A stretch of DNA of 63,683 nucleotides, the filler included, from Folioceros fuciformis (lineage: Eukaryota), in NCBI GenBank assembly GCA_049999805.1. It is 4 parts of 4 records of this genome, joined end to end, with 100 filler letters (N's around TTAATTAATTAA, not from the genome) between each part and the next. Parts side by side here need not be neighbours in the genome. Positions count along the whole stretch, not along the records: positions 1 to 28,784 come from JBNGIO010003122.1; 3 more parts are not named here. One strand, given 5' to 3'. The notes under the pieces were generated by a model. The model had not been told where the DNA came from, did no database searches, and saw nothing but the letters and a program-made list of their open reading frames with translations. Below are positions 12,891 to 24,982 of the stretch, in pieces; position 1 is the first letter of the stretch; every line of letters begins with the position of its first letter. The translations under genes were made by a program, and so were the position numbers.

Positions 12891-15800
12891 ATGGCAGCTA
12901 ATTTAAGGTTGGATACCTGCTCCACCGCTGCAGACGCCTCCCCGTTCCATTCCTCCAACCATCGCAGCAACTTCGGGGGTCATAATTCTACCTTGGAACG
13001 CTCCGCTAGCGTCCGGGATGTGCACGAGGGTAGCCGTGTGGTGGCAGCAGGAACAGGAACAGGAACAGGAGCAGGAGGTGGTGTGCCCGGCAACCCTTCT
13101 GCCAGCACTGCTCCCAACGGAGCCTTGTCGCACCAGGACAATTCTTCCCTCCTGAATGTTCTGTGGCTGGATAGTCTGCCAGTAGGGGAGCCGCGCCAAC
13201 GCCAATCGGAACTTCGTAAGGCAATCAGTGTGGCAGTAGGTGCGCCCATGGATGCCACTCCTGGAGGGGCCCAGCCTAAGCATTTACATATGCAGACACC
13301 TGCTGAGATCAAGCAGCTTAAGGCATGCCTGACGGACAATTGCACCAAAGCAAGGTGGGTTTCTCGAACTTGCCTGCCTCGTCATCCTCCTAGTACATAG
13401 TCCTTATCTAACTCGATTGCCGTGTTCCTCATGTCGACCTAAAGTAGTGACCACTTCGTAGTCAGTCTGTTGTGGACTCCTCCTATTTTCACGAACATCT
13501 GTTTTTGTATGTGTGTAACTGTGTTTGTGGGTATGGGATGCAACCAAGTTGCTAGTAGGTGCAAACATATCTGGATATAGGGGTGATGTCAGACATGACT
13601 TTTTTTTTTTTGGGGTTGCTGGACATGGTGCACCACAACACGTTGAATCACTGGAGACATGTATTCTGAAGATCTGTTGCAGCTTCCTATTGTGGTCTTG
13701 TTGCTGATGCCTAGGTTGTGTTGTTTTTTGATACATCAGGGAACGTGTGAATAAACTTGGGGAAGCGGTGACTAAGTTGGAGAAGTTCCAAAGTGGTGCA
13801 ACTAGGAAGCGGTCTAGACCAGATGCAGGTTCCTACGAGAGGACAGTCTCCATGGAACGCTCTGGAACTGCTGCTTATGTTTCCAGGGGGGGCCCAGGAT
13901 TTCCCACAAATCATGCTGGCAGCTCTGATTCTGGAATGCAGAAAGTTGGGGACAAAAGTAGAAACGCATCCCAGGCCACCACCAATGCTGCCCCTAACAG
14001 TGCAGCACCGAACAAGCGGATGCGCACGTCCTTGTCTTTAAGTGCTCAGAGACCTTTGCCTGACAGGGAGAGAGATCAGGCAAGGCTGAGTAGCTTTGCG
14101 CCCTCCCCTGTGGAGGACAAAGACAGATCTGTGCCTCCCAATGGTGACAAGGCAAAGATGAAAGGGCGCAGGTCTGGCATGAAGGCAGATGTTGCTTCAG
14201 GAGCAGTGAACAACGGCCCTGCTGAAGGTGAACGTGATCTCAAGTGGAATGCCCAACAACAGCGGTTGACTGCTGATACTCGGTCCAGACCAATTGATGT
14301 GCATGGGTTCAGGTACACTCCTAACTTAGTCATGAGCATGGGGCAGTCCCTTTTCTTCGTTGGAGTTTTGGTTAATATGACTCTTACGGCTTCCTAGAGT
14401 TGGATTTTTGGGCACCAACTTTGTGTCATTGTCTTTCACCGAGAGTTGCAAATGTTGAGCTCTTCCCTTTCTTCTGGATGTCAGGCCTCTTAGAGAGGAG
14501 AACCCATCTCCTAGTCCGACTGTAACCACCAAAGCAAAAGCTGCGAGGGCTCCAAGGTCTGGCTCAGGAGCAGGTGGAAGCACCGTCTCTCATGTTCCGC
14601 GTGGATCCTACCCTGGAGACAGTAGAGAGCGCTCATCTGGTACGGTGGTCAAGTGTGCACAACCCACTCCTTTGAATAACAGAAAGCGGCCAGCTCCAAC
14701 AAGGTCCTCATCTCCTCCCACGCACTGGGTGGGTCAGAGGCCTCCAAAGATGGCCAGGATAGCACGGAGGATGATAAATGGTGCTCCTGGTATTCCTGCA
14801 TCTCGAGAGGGGAGCACCTCAGCAGAAGGTTCTGCTGGCCGTGAAGCCAGTGCAAGACCTAACAGTGCCGGGGCGCCTGGGTCGGGTGCTGCACGGAGGG
14901 TTGGAGGCCCGAGCACTCAGGTTCCTTCACACAGTAAGCCCAGAAGTGAAAGGAATGCCCAGCCTGTAGGTCCCTCTGAGAGTGACGAATCTGACGAGGA
15001 CAATGACAAGCTGAAAGAAAAAGGGAGAAAACATGGGATCTGGGATGAAAAGCCTGTCTGTGGGAATCAGAAAATGGGAAATGTTACTGCCCAGGCTAAA
15101 AAGACTCGAGTTGTGCCAAAGGAAGAGGTTGGTGATGGCATTCGGAGGCAAGGCAGGAGTGGTAGGGGCCCCTCTACTCCAAGAACTGGTGTAAGATCAT
15201 CGATAACTGAAAAAGTTGAGGGCCCTGTTAATGCTAAACAGCTGAGAAGCACGCGAGTGGCTGTTGAGAAAGCGGACAGGTTGGTTTTGAATTCTTCCTC
15301 AAGTCAGAAGATCAAATGTATTCTACTTATGCCTGCTCGTTTTTTGATTCCGGCTCCTGGTCAAGGTTATGTTGTCAGTTCTTGTAGCTCATTTCAATCA
15401 AATTGATTGTGCACATTCAGTCTGGTTGGAAGACCGGGGAGGCCATCACTGAAAAAGAATGTTATTGATCGCAAGCCCGTAACTAGACCACGCAGACCGA
15501 TTGGTGGCCTAGCAGGAGATTTGTCAGGTTTTTCCTTTGGAAGTTGTTTTTTGGATCTTTGATTTTGCTAAAGTGTTTGGACTTTTTCTTGAACATATAC
15601 ATTGTCAGACTGCAAATCTTGCTTCAAAGTATTGTACTTGTATCTATTATCTTCTCTCCTAATCTTTGCTGCTTTTGATGTTGCTGTACAGGGGAGTCAG
15701 ATGACGACATTGAAGAGCTTAATACTGCTATAAAACAAGCAGGGAATACAAGTGAGTGTATCGTTTCCAGCAAATACTATGGTGCTTAGTAGCTTAGAAT

Positions 15801-18800
15801 ATTCGATCCACCAGAATTCGTACATGGTGCTCAGAGCAGTAAAATGACGGTAGTAGTCTAGTTTAACACTATTTGATTTTGTGGTCTCTCCAGCTGCTGC
15901 ATGCCTCAACGTCTTCTGGAAGCAAGTGGAGCCTTATTTTGCTTTTGTGTCCCAAGAAGACCTTGGCTTTCTTCGTCAGCAAGTAACATCTGTTGCCTGT
16001 TTTTTCAACCATATTGGGGAGATGAATACGTTGGATGGATTGTCTCCTTCTGACCTATGTTTGATGCTTGTTGCTGTGAACTCACTTCATAAACTGAGGT
16101 CTGGTTGTGTATTATTTTTGCTTCATACAGGTGGGGCCTTTGTATGATATAGAGAATGTGGCTCAGATTCCTGGCCGTGGAGAACAACCTGGGAAGGTCT
16201 GTCCTTGCCCCTGCCCGGTGGCAGTTCACTTGTCATTAGTGCATCGCGGGTGATGAAAACAGTGATGGGTGAGAATGAACTGTCTTACATTTTGCGTTTT
16301 TGTAGGTGACTTTACTTGCGAAGTGTGTTCCACCAGTCAATCCAAATGTTGACATTATTGGTGGAAGATCAGTGGGTATCAGCAATGGCATTGGTGGAAT
16401 CGAAGAAGGCATGGTTAAGAAGCTCATGCACGACCAGAACCACAATCATGATGGTTGTAAAGGGCCAATGAGATCCGTGTGGGTTGAGAAGGGTTTCTCC
16501 ATCGCCCAGAGACTCGTAGCAGCTATCATCCACGAGAAAGACATTGATGATGCAAGGAGAAGCCAGGATGGAACTTGCGAAGTTGATGGATTGGGACTTG
16601 TTTTGGGCTCCCCTGTTGGAGCCAATAGTCTAATTGAGAACAATCGGGCTGATCATGAAAGGGAGGAAGAGAGTGACGGGGATTTCGGGAGACATGATCT
16701 TGAAAGATGGAGTAAGCACTCTAGAGAAAGTCAAGCGTTTGATGAGAATGGTGTTTCCAATGGTCATGGGTATTCGGGTGATGGCAACTTCACCCACAGC
16801 AGTGAGTTGGGTGAAGGAGATAGTGTATTGCGGGATGCAGAAGTCGACGTGTCTGATGCTCCTTTGGAGGCCGTCCCTTCTGAAGAGATTCTTCGAGGGG
16901 GTGGGTCGAGAAACAAAGAAGGCAAACAAGACACAGGTAGACCCTTCGGATCAGTAGCAGGAATGGCAGCCTGGAAATTCCAGTGGGAACGTATGAGTGT
17001 GGATGAGAGGATACAAGTTGAGCTCCAAAGCGTTGGACTGATAGTGGAACATGGGGTAAGTTGGAGAGAATGTGAATGTCATCCATGGTGGTTCAAGTTC
17101 CCGCATCTAAAACATAGTGTCACCTATTTGGTGTGCAAAGCAGGTGCATATGGGCTCACGAGAAGAAGATTCTTGCAAGGAGCTGCAGAGCCTTCAGCGC
17201 GAATGTAATAACCAGGTGCGTGTCATGGCTAAATTTTCATCTTGGATTTTGTTGTACTACTGTGCTTCTAATTTTTGTGATAGTTGTGCCAGAGCTTCTC
17301 TCACACATACTTGTCCCTGCTTCAGGCGTGTGTGAACCAGGTGCGAATACGTGCCCTTGAGAACACGGTCAGGGAGAATGACGAAAGGTATGAAGCTTAC
17401 CATCTGTCAAAATTGTGTTATGATTATCTATGTCTGGGGACTTTCCACTTTAGCGTCATGGCCTAAAGGGAAGTGGTCAGTTAGACCAGGATAGTGTTCC
17501 ATAATCATCTAAATTAATTTTGTCTGCAACAGGGGACGGGAGCGTCTTGTGTTATCGAAATATGTGGAACTGGCTTACAATCGGCGAATACTGGTATTCC
17601 CTTCATGTATTTGTAGGGTAGGCTGCATGGCCATAATCTTACATTGGGCCAAGTTCTGACCAAGGAGAGGTGCAGCTATGGGCTGTTCAGTATGCTTCAC
17701 ACGTGACGACAGCTGGGTGATTTGACGAGTACTGCTCCTGTTGTGCAGGGTGGTCGTGGTGGGAAGGAGGGCAGCTCGGGGGGGAAAGGGTCTTCTGGTA
17801 AGGTTGCAAGAACAACCGCATTGGCTTTTGCCAAAAGGGCGTTGGATAGGGTGCGGAGGCATGAGGCAGGTGAGAATTGCTTGTATAACGCGGGTCTCTG
17901 GGATGCATTAAACTGTGGGAATCCAAGAGAGACGTTATCAAACATCATTCCAGTCAGAAATATGGAGACTGACAGTCCTGCACAACTTGGTGAAGTTGCT
18001 GCTAATGTCCCCAGTGGACAGAGCCAGCTATCAGGTATTACATTTGCGTGCGTTCTTCCTGCCTATTTCCCAATGAGGCTACTTGACATCAGGTCCCTGA
18101 AGTGTGGAACTCGAAAACTCGCAGCTGGTGCAGCAGCGGAAGGGGTGGGACGTCTTTCCTCAAGGCTGTATGATTCAAGAGGTAAAGTTGATACAGAGGT
18201 ATTTGAAGGGTACACGCACTCGATCGGTGTAACTGAACACATGAAGGTAAAGGAGGAACCCTGGCTCTCCCGGGTGAAAGAGAAGGAAATGCTCCTGGAA
18301 GATGTTGGACAAGCTAGTGTAGGACATGAATTCAGTCAGACTGAGAGACTGAGCTGCCTTGGCGGCACGAAAGGGAAACGCAGTGAGCGGGACTGGGGAG
18401 GTAAAGGCCAAGGTCAACATCAAAGTCATATGAAAGACACTGGTACAATAGTCAAAGGTATGCGGCAGGGTATGTCAAGTGTCAAAGGGGAAAGGAAGAC
18501 GAAAACGAAGCTGAGGCAGAAGATTGCATCGCTCCCCAAAGGTGTGAATGGTTTGGTGGGTAGGTCAAATGAGCATCACGGAGGAGGTGCACCGTTTGCC
18601 TCTCAAGACCCTAGTGGGAATGGCGTAGGCAAGGGAGAATCTGTTTTGAGCGCAACAAGATCACGACAGGAGTCAGATGAGCAAGTAGACCTCTCGCACA
18701 TTGCTATTCCGGGAATTGACGAGTTTGGAGTCTCTGAGAATTGGTTGGATTTTGAAGAGATAGGTCTACAAGCAACAACCGGCGAGGCCATGATGGGTCT

Positions 18801-18846
18801 AGATGTTCCAATGGATGATCTCTCCGAGCTTCACATGATGATGTAG
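12891..18846 (+). CDS. ADA3-like / plant SAGA complex subunit (At2g19390/At4g29790/At5g22450-type family), multi-exon
   Basis: Family motifs across exons: EIKQLKACLTDNCTKAR|ERVNKLGEAVTKLEK, PNKRMRTS, NNRKRPAPTRSSSPP..WVGQRPPKMARIARR, GDGIRRQGRSGRG, ESDDDIEEL, FWKQVEPYFAFVSQEDLGFLRQQ, QRLVAAII, MSVDERIQVELQSVGL, ALAFAKRAL, GGTKGKRSERD, KGERKTKTKLRQK, C-terminal GLDVPMDDLSELHMMM. An acceptor AG at 12871-12872 suggests a 5' UTR intron. ATG at 12891. Confidence 0.88.
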
Positions 18847-19959
18847 GTTTCATTGAGGAAGGAGTGGCTGGCCTTGTCACATCCGTTGCTGAAGGGGTTG
18901 CAGGGCCGGTTTCTAACCTATCCTGCAACTACGTTCCCTGGAATTTGTCGAAAAGCTTGCTGTTAGGACCAGAGAAAGTACTCTGAATCCTTCAGCACCT
19001 CTGAGATTGGATTGACATCACCGACGGCAACTGTACACTCTGGGCAAAGTGATTGTAGGAACCTTGTACACAATAGGTGACCCCCTTTGGTCTGGTAGCA
19101 TCTTATGCATGTTGGGAGGTTTGTCATGCCGAATTGGGTGGCAAGTTGGGTTCCCTCTTCCCACACCTGGGCTCTACTCTGTATCTTCAATAACAGTTCT
19201 TCGTCGTCCTTGTATTGTAGTCTTGAATAGTTAAGCAGTTTCAGGCCACTATTGTATTAGCGGACATACTGCTGGTGGTTATCTGCAGATTCTTCATTGG
19301 CGTGTACTTTCTCCGCCCAAGAGACTTCATCTTTGCTTCCCACTCACTCTCCTCTGAACACTGGTTGCTTAAGACCGGTTGCCCGGCCACGGCTCTCTCC
19401 AGCTTCCACATGAGGCAATCGCAAGGAAAGTGCAGAAAGCAACTGCTCAAAGACGCGCAAGTCCCATCTTTCCGTGTAAGTGTTTCTAGTGTTTTTCATG
19501 GTGGCTTTTCCCACTTGGGAGGTGTTTCGTTGACGGTGCTCTCTTCTGATGAAGATGCGCAGCGTGTAGAGAGCACGTTATAGAAGTCTGGCTAGCTTTG
19601 CGACCCTCGTGAGACATGTTAGAAGCTACCATGTTCACAGTTTTCTAAATTTTTTGCAAAATTTTTGGAACTGGGACATGCATGTTCGTTTCCACTGGAA
19701 CAGGCATGCAGCGGTTCCACCCGTGCTCTTTGCCCTGCTCTTGCTCCCGCCACTGCCGCTCCCAAAATGAACGAGCCTGCTGCTGTGTGGGGATGGGATG
19801 ACAAGTGTGACAAGTGCAACGACTTTTCATTGTGAAAAAGGTCGGGTTGGTTAGGAGCGATGTAGTACGACACATAACAATGGCTCACAAGTGCTCTTCA
19901 AAAAAATAATCCATGTAAACACTTGTAGAGAATGAGATAAAAATTACGAAGAAGAAGGG

Positions 19960-20400
19960 AGAAGTATTTGCTGAGGTTGGGGCCATGGATTACAACATCC
20001 AGGGCGAGCGACACCCTCGAACAACGTTCTTCATGAATTGCCTCCCCCTTCTCCAAAGAGCATTTTCCAAGTTTGCAGTACATCCATCGTGCCTCGCAAT
20101 ATGCCATGAAAATCTTACATATTCTGTACTCGGAGCACTTGGTTGCACGGGAAAGTGTCTGCAGCATACCCCTTGTTCACCGCAAAGCATGTACTCGGCG
20201 ACCCACGTTGTCATCCTTCCTGACAACCTTTAGAGGAGGGACTTGGAAATGCAGCAGTCCGTCTGCACCATAAGTCCCAGAGCCTCCACAGCTTCAGCCC
20301 AATGCCCCTCATGACACAGCTGGCTCAGCGTTCTAGCCGTTCAGAAGCCCATTTTTGATCCTGCATGACTGCCTGGTTGAGACTATCTCGAGAGCTCGCC
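19960..20400 (-). pseudogene. Degenerate PLS-class pentatricopeptide repeat (PPR) gene fragment
   Basis: Minus-strand pieces in shifting frames: LSQLCHEGHWAEAVEALGLMVQ, GRRVHAL, GYAADTFPCNQVL, MYCKLGK, CSLEKGEAIHEE..LALDVVI. These are L/S/P-motif-like fragments separated by stops and frameshifts. Confidence 0.65.
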
Positions 20401-20639
20401 ATGGACGGAGAGGCATCGTGACTCATCCAAGGAGACGAGCTGCTCGTCAACCCAAGCTGGCTCAATCATGAACCGTCGGCACGGGTCCACGCCGACACTC
20501 ATGTTGAGCTGATGTAAGAAAGTACCAAGCTTCGTGATCAGAAATTCAGAGAAGGGGTTCTCTTTCAGCTGACGGTCCTGGCAGCAGCACCTGATTTCTT
20601 CTTTCCGGAGTGACCACAGTCTGTAGAGTTTTCAGCATC

Positions 20640-22099
20640 ATGGGTGCATTGGCAGCTTCCGCACCACGCCCGCTTCAGAGTGAGCTCGTGAGCTGGTTCA
20701 ACGACAAGCTTCACCACTCGGAGGCAAGGCAAGAGCGGCTTCGGCTTCCTTGCTGCAGGGGGCCGAAGACGGGCGGGCGGGAATGCTCTTCTGCAAAGGC
20801 AAAAGTTTTGGCATCCTCCAACATGGGTATCAGAGTGATTGCTCCTTCTGGCCACTTCATCCCGAGCTTTCCAGTGCGAAGAGTGGCTGTGGATTGCACC
20901 ATTGTTAACTCACCTGAAACGGTGCAACATGGAGGAGACGGGCCCGGGGACCCGTCGGTGGTGGCAGACGTTGCAGAGCAACAGGATATTGAAGGGGCCA
21001 CGGAGTCTGCAGAACAGAAGATGATGAAGGAGGTGGATCCGCACAGGGTGTATGTTGGAGGAATTGCCTTCAACTTCCAGGGCCAAGACTTGAGGAAGGG
21101 TATGTCTCTCCTGATGACTGGGAACGTGCAACCTCGCCATTGCGGCCTTATCACACGAACCAGAACTACCATTGACAGTACCAGATCTGGGTCCAAGTAG
21201 AGTTGTGTTTTGTGTCTCGTGCGCAGCTCTGCACAAGCTTTTCAGCCAGTTTGGGCCTGTGAAGGAGATAGAAATTGCAACCTTCGCCACAGACAACACT
21301 TTCATTCAGGTGATTTTCTCTTGTGCTCTGCCTGCCGCAAACACTTTCACTTCTGTCTCTGATTTGTTTCCTTCATCTCGCCAGCAAACAGGCAGGCATA
21401 GAGGATTCGGCTTCGTTGTCATGGAAGACCCGGCAGACGCTCAGGCAGCTGCCACGTGCCTGAACGGACAGAGTTACTGGGGCAGAGACCTGATGGTAGG
21501 CACCCATCCTCTCGGTATCCCTCCTGCCTGCACCTTTCCACCCCAACCCTCCCATCCTCTCGGTATCCCTCCTGCCTGCACCTTTCCACCCCAACCCTCC
21601 CATCCTCATCAAATGCTCGGTTCTTGCAGGTTCGCCTGGCCTACAAGAAGGCAGCACAGACTTTGCCCCTTCCTGAACACCCTTGCCAGCTGTACGTCGG
21701 CAATCTAGATAAAACCATGACAAACCGTGACTTGATGAAGATCTTCAGGCAATACGGCCGTGTCCTTCAGGCCAAGGTGTTCACCGCTTCCCTTGCTCCC
21801 ATACTGGATCTGAGCCATGACTGCTCATGCTAACACTCCTTCCTACATGCAGATCATCAAAGAGTACATCACTGGCCAGTCAAGAGGGTTCGGCTTTGTC
21901 ACATTCGCAGAGGAGGTACCCTATGTTCTCTTCCTCCAGCCTCCCACCAGTTTTTCCATGCCTTAGAATTCATCTGACCAGAAGCAACCCTGGGTTCATC
22001 CAGGAAGATGGCCGACGAGCAGCACAAGCACTGGATGGAGTCACTTTAGCCGGCTCCACAATTACTGTCAACATAGCCAGGGAACCTCGATACTCTTGA
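20640..22099 (+). CDS. Two-RRM RNA-binding protein, probably plastid-targeted (cpRNP/PSRP2-like), multi-exon
   Basis: RRM1: RVYVGGI...LFSQFGPVKEIEI...TGRHRGFGFVVM...LNGQSYWGRDLM|VRLA. RRM2: LYVGNLDK...FRQYGRVLQAK|IIKEYITGQSRGFGFVTF...ALDGVTLAGSTITVNIA. Basic Ser/Arg-rich N-terminus followed by an acidic linker. GT-AG introns. Confidence 0.88.
21503..21607. repeat. Perfect 48-bp tandem duplication inside an RRM-gene intron
   Basis: cccatcctctcggtatccctcctgcctgcacctttccaccccaaccct x2 plus partial. Confidence 0.9.
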
Positions 22100-22229
22100 A
22101 CTTTCAAGTAATTTCAGAGGTCACGAGCTCTGCATGGAGGCAGTTTTGGCCGGCTCCACAAGAACCGTCGACATAGCCAGGGAACCCCGATACTCTTGAA
22201 CTTTCAAACAACTTCAGTCCTCATAAGTC

Positions 22230-23970
22230 TTCATCAAGGAAAGGACGGGGTGAGTGAACCCATCGTCAAAATGGACATGAAGGGGATCTAGATCCAAGGG
22301 ACAAAATGGAAGAAGGAGCGACAAACGTCGTGTCTGAAGTCATTATGTCCTGGCTAGGCAGATTTAATGGTCCTGTTATATACATACTTACGTGCCTCCA
22401 ATAATATGCATTTACATATGTAATTAACAACATGATTGGCCTGCTTCTCAATCTTTGAACTCATATTTTCTATGATTGAAAAAGACATGAAAGTCTCATT
22501 ACTCCAAAGATTGGAGGAACAATCCCTTAGGGCCAAAGGCAAAAAGATGTATTGTTCCCAACGAATATCATTTTCAAAAACTACTTACTGTTCTCAAAAT
22601 GTCATGATATGGAATAATAAAAGTCCTACCTACAACTGGTGCCAAAAAAGCCACTTGACCTACACTTGTTGCTGTTCTAAAAATTGCATTGGCCAATGCA
22701 CGTTGCAAAGCAATGGATACACGTTGTCGAAGTAAAACCACCACAGAGGAAAGAGGGAGAACACCATTCCTATTGTTCTGATAAACCTTGGCGCACTCCT
22801 TGATAAACCTTGAAAAGTCCTTGCCCATAGCTCCATGAGTCTTAAGAGCAAGGGAGATGAAAGTATGTCTGTCTTGCAAGGGAGAATACTTATGGATTTT
22901 GGCACTTGCACAACCCTCTGCCGCCCAACCAAGGGGGTTGATGATGACGTGCTCACAAATCGAATCCTTAATGGGATTCGTAACAACCACATCAACAACA
23001 CAAACATGTTCTCCCCTAGTAAAGAAAAAGGTCGGCTCTAAGTGAAACCCTGTTGCGCAAAGTATGTGGACGCTCCCTATACGGAAGAAACCCACACTTC
23101 CTAGCCATTGAGAACTTGACATCCCAACTACATCATGAGTGGCAATGCGGTGCCGACAACGTGCCAAATGGGACCTTGTATCGACAATGGCAACCCCACA
23201 ACTGCATGTAGAGAGAGAAAAAGCTAAGGGGTGGGCCAAACCTAAGCAAAATCTCATCGCGGTGGCGAAAGTTGCTAGTGCAATTCGAAACGCCTAGATG
23301 CAAGGTCGAGCTAAAAGCCAAGAGCCCGCTCCTTTACCTAAACAAGATCGAATACGAGCTCGAGAAGACCTAGGGATGGATGAGTATGAAAGAAGGGCTC
23401 TTAGTGCTTGGCCATATCGCTTTTCTAGGAGGGAGGCTTGGAGACCCTTCAACCCTTCCCTAGAAAAGGAGGAGAAAGGAGGTAGAGCCTCACGAGCCTC
23501 CAAAGGTAGAGAATCCCTCGCTTGCCTAAGAGATACTTGTAAAGGGAAAACGTCTTTCTCAACACCTGAAATAAAACTTTCAAGAACAGGGGAATCTTGT
23601 AGCAAAAAACGAGAGGCCAAAATTGGAGTTGAGAGGGCCCAGCTGTCGAGAAAGGCAGCTGGGGCAGAGGCCTCCATGGCTAAAAGACCAACCCCTCCAA
23701 AGACGACTGGCAAAGAAGCCTGCTTCCGAGCCAAATCACCGATAACACACTCGAAGGTGCCCGGACCTATGATGTTCCCAAGAGCCTGCGTAACTTGATT
23801 AACAAACTTCTTGAGACTTGATAAGAAAAATGGAGAAGACGCAACAGTTCTAGTGAGGTAACCTGGTCGCCATGCAAAACAAGAAGAAAGGATACCAAAC
23901 ACAATATGAGGATCACCGATTTGTGAGAGGTCCATGATATGAGCCAAATCTTCATCCAACGCTTCATCCA
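22230..23970 (-). mobile_element. CRE-clade-like non-LTR retrotransposon, 3' part (post-RT region, zinc finger, restriction-like endonuclease), inactive
   Basis: QASLPVVFGGVGL..SAPAAFLDSW, ARIRSCLGKGAGSWLLARP, MRFCLG..CSCG..SHLARC..IATHDVV, VVDVVVTNP..AA..ASAKIHKY..TFISLALKTHGAMG, LRQRVSIALQRALANAI. Internal stop near 23294. Interrupted at 23970 by a Copia LTR. 3' boundary approximate. Confidence 0.8.
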
Positions 23971-24130
23971 TGAGAATTTACGGAGAGTAGTTTGGAACAA
24001 CAAAACTTGATACAAAACAATAAATTGAATACAAAATTGTATGTGTATGTTGTTTAAATACTAAACTCTGAAACGGTTCACTTAATGAAACCCTAAGTTC
24101 TTTATCCTAATGTTGGCTTTATTTCCAACA
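23971..24130 (-). repeat. 3' LTR (160 bp) of Copia copy A
   Basis: tgagaattta...tttccaaca, homologous to 55347-55506 and 62000-62155. Polypurine tract (minus strand ttagagggag) at 24131-24140. Confidence 0.9.
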
Positions 24131-24367
24131 CTCCCTCTAAAGCAACTTTAGGCATTTAACGTGCATTTCCACGACGACACGTGTATTCAAACCCATCACG
24201 GAACATGATCCCTCCACACAGAACGGCGTAACCCAAACCCAAGCGTAAAACCCCTTACGCAAACGACGGACTACGTCCTCGCGCAAGCGTCTGCCGCCGC
24301 CAACATCTCCCTCGCCTACCTGGCTGCGATCAGGCTTAACTTCCACGCCCGCCATCGCCTTACAGAG

Positions 24368-24760
24368 ATGCAGACGCGCAGTGGCAAGGGCTATGTTGCC
24401 TCGGAGAAGACGCCACGGAGAAATAGGGCACAGCCGTCGCCGAGCACAACATCGGGAGAGCAGGAGATCCAGGGAAAATTGCGATGGCTTAGATGTGGGT
24501 CATTGGAGGAGCTTGCACAGTTCATGAACAGCTGCCCAATCAACCCTGGACCTGTTCCAGGGACAGCCCAGGCACCTCGAGAAGAGGGACCCGCACCCCA
24601 GCAGCCTGACTTCCGCTTCTCGGAGCTTGCGCTGCCTGCCCTAGTCGCACAGCTGCGTTTAGCTACCGACAGGATCAGGGAGCTGGAGCACATCCTTGCT
24701 GCTGGAGAAGGGCCTGCGCCAGTTGATGACGAAGAGCAGGATGTGAAGCCATCTTTGTAG
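24368..24760 (+). CDS. Antisense accessory ORF of the Copia element (unknown function; the frame is open further upstream)
   Basis: 130-aa ORF MQTRSGK...DVKPSL, intact and colinear with 55753-56145, with many synonymous differences. Followed by a plus-strand GT-AG intron candidate at 24795-24896. Confidence 0.65.
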   Translation: MQTRSGKGYVASEKTPRRNRAQPSPSTTSGEQEIQGKLRWLRCGSLEELAQFMNSCPINPGPVPGTAQAPREEGPAPQQPDFRFSELALPALVAQLRLATDRIRELEHILAAGEGPAPVDDEEQDVKPSL

Positions 24761-24982
24761 GGGGCACCGTACTGCAGGAAGATTAAGTACTAAGGTAAGC
24801 TTCATCCTTCGTGCAGCACAGCATTGTTGCTCCCTCTGTTTCCTCATGGACTGACGCCGCATCTGACCTAACTATGTGTGCGTGGGGCATGTGCAGTTAT
24901 ATGTGTCTGCAAAGATGTCGAAGGCACCACTCAACAACACCTAGGGAACCTCCGGGTTCCCACCCCAACCTACACAGATAAG

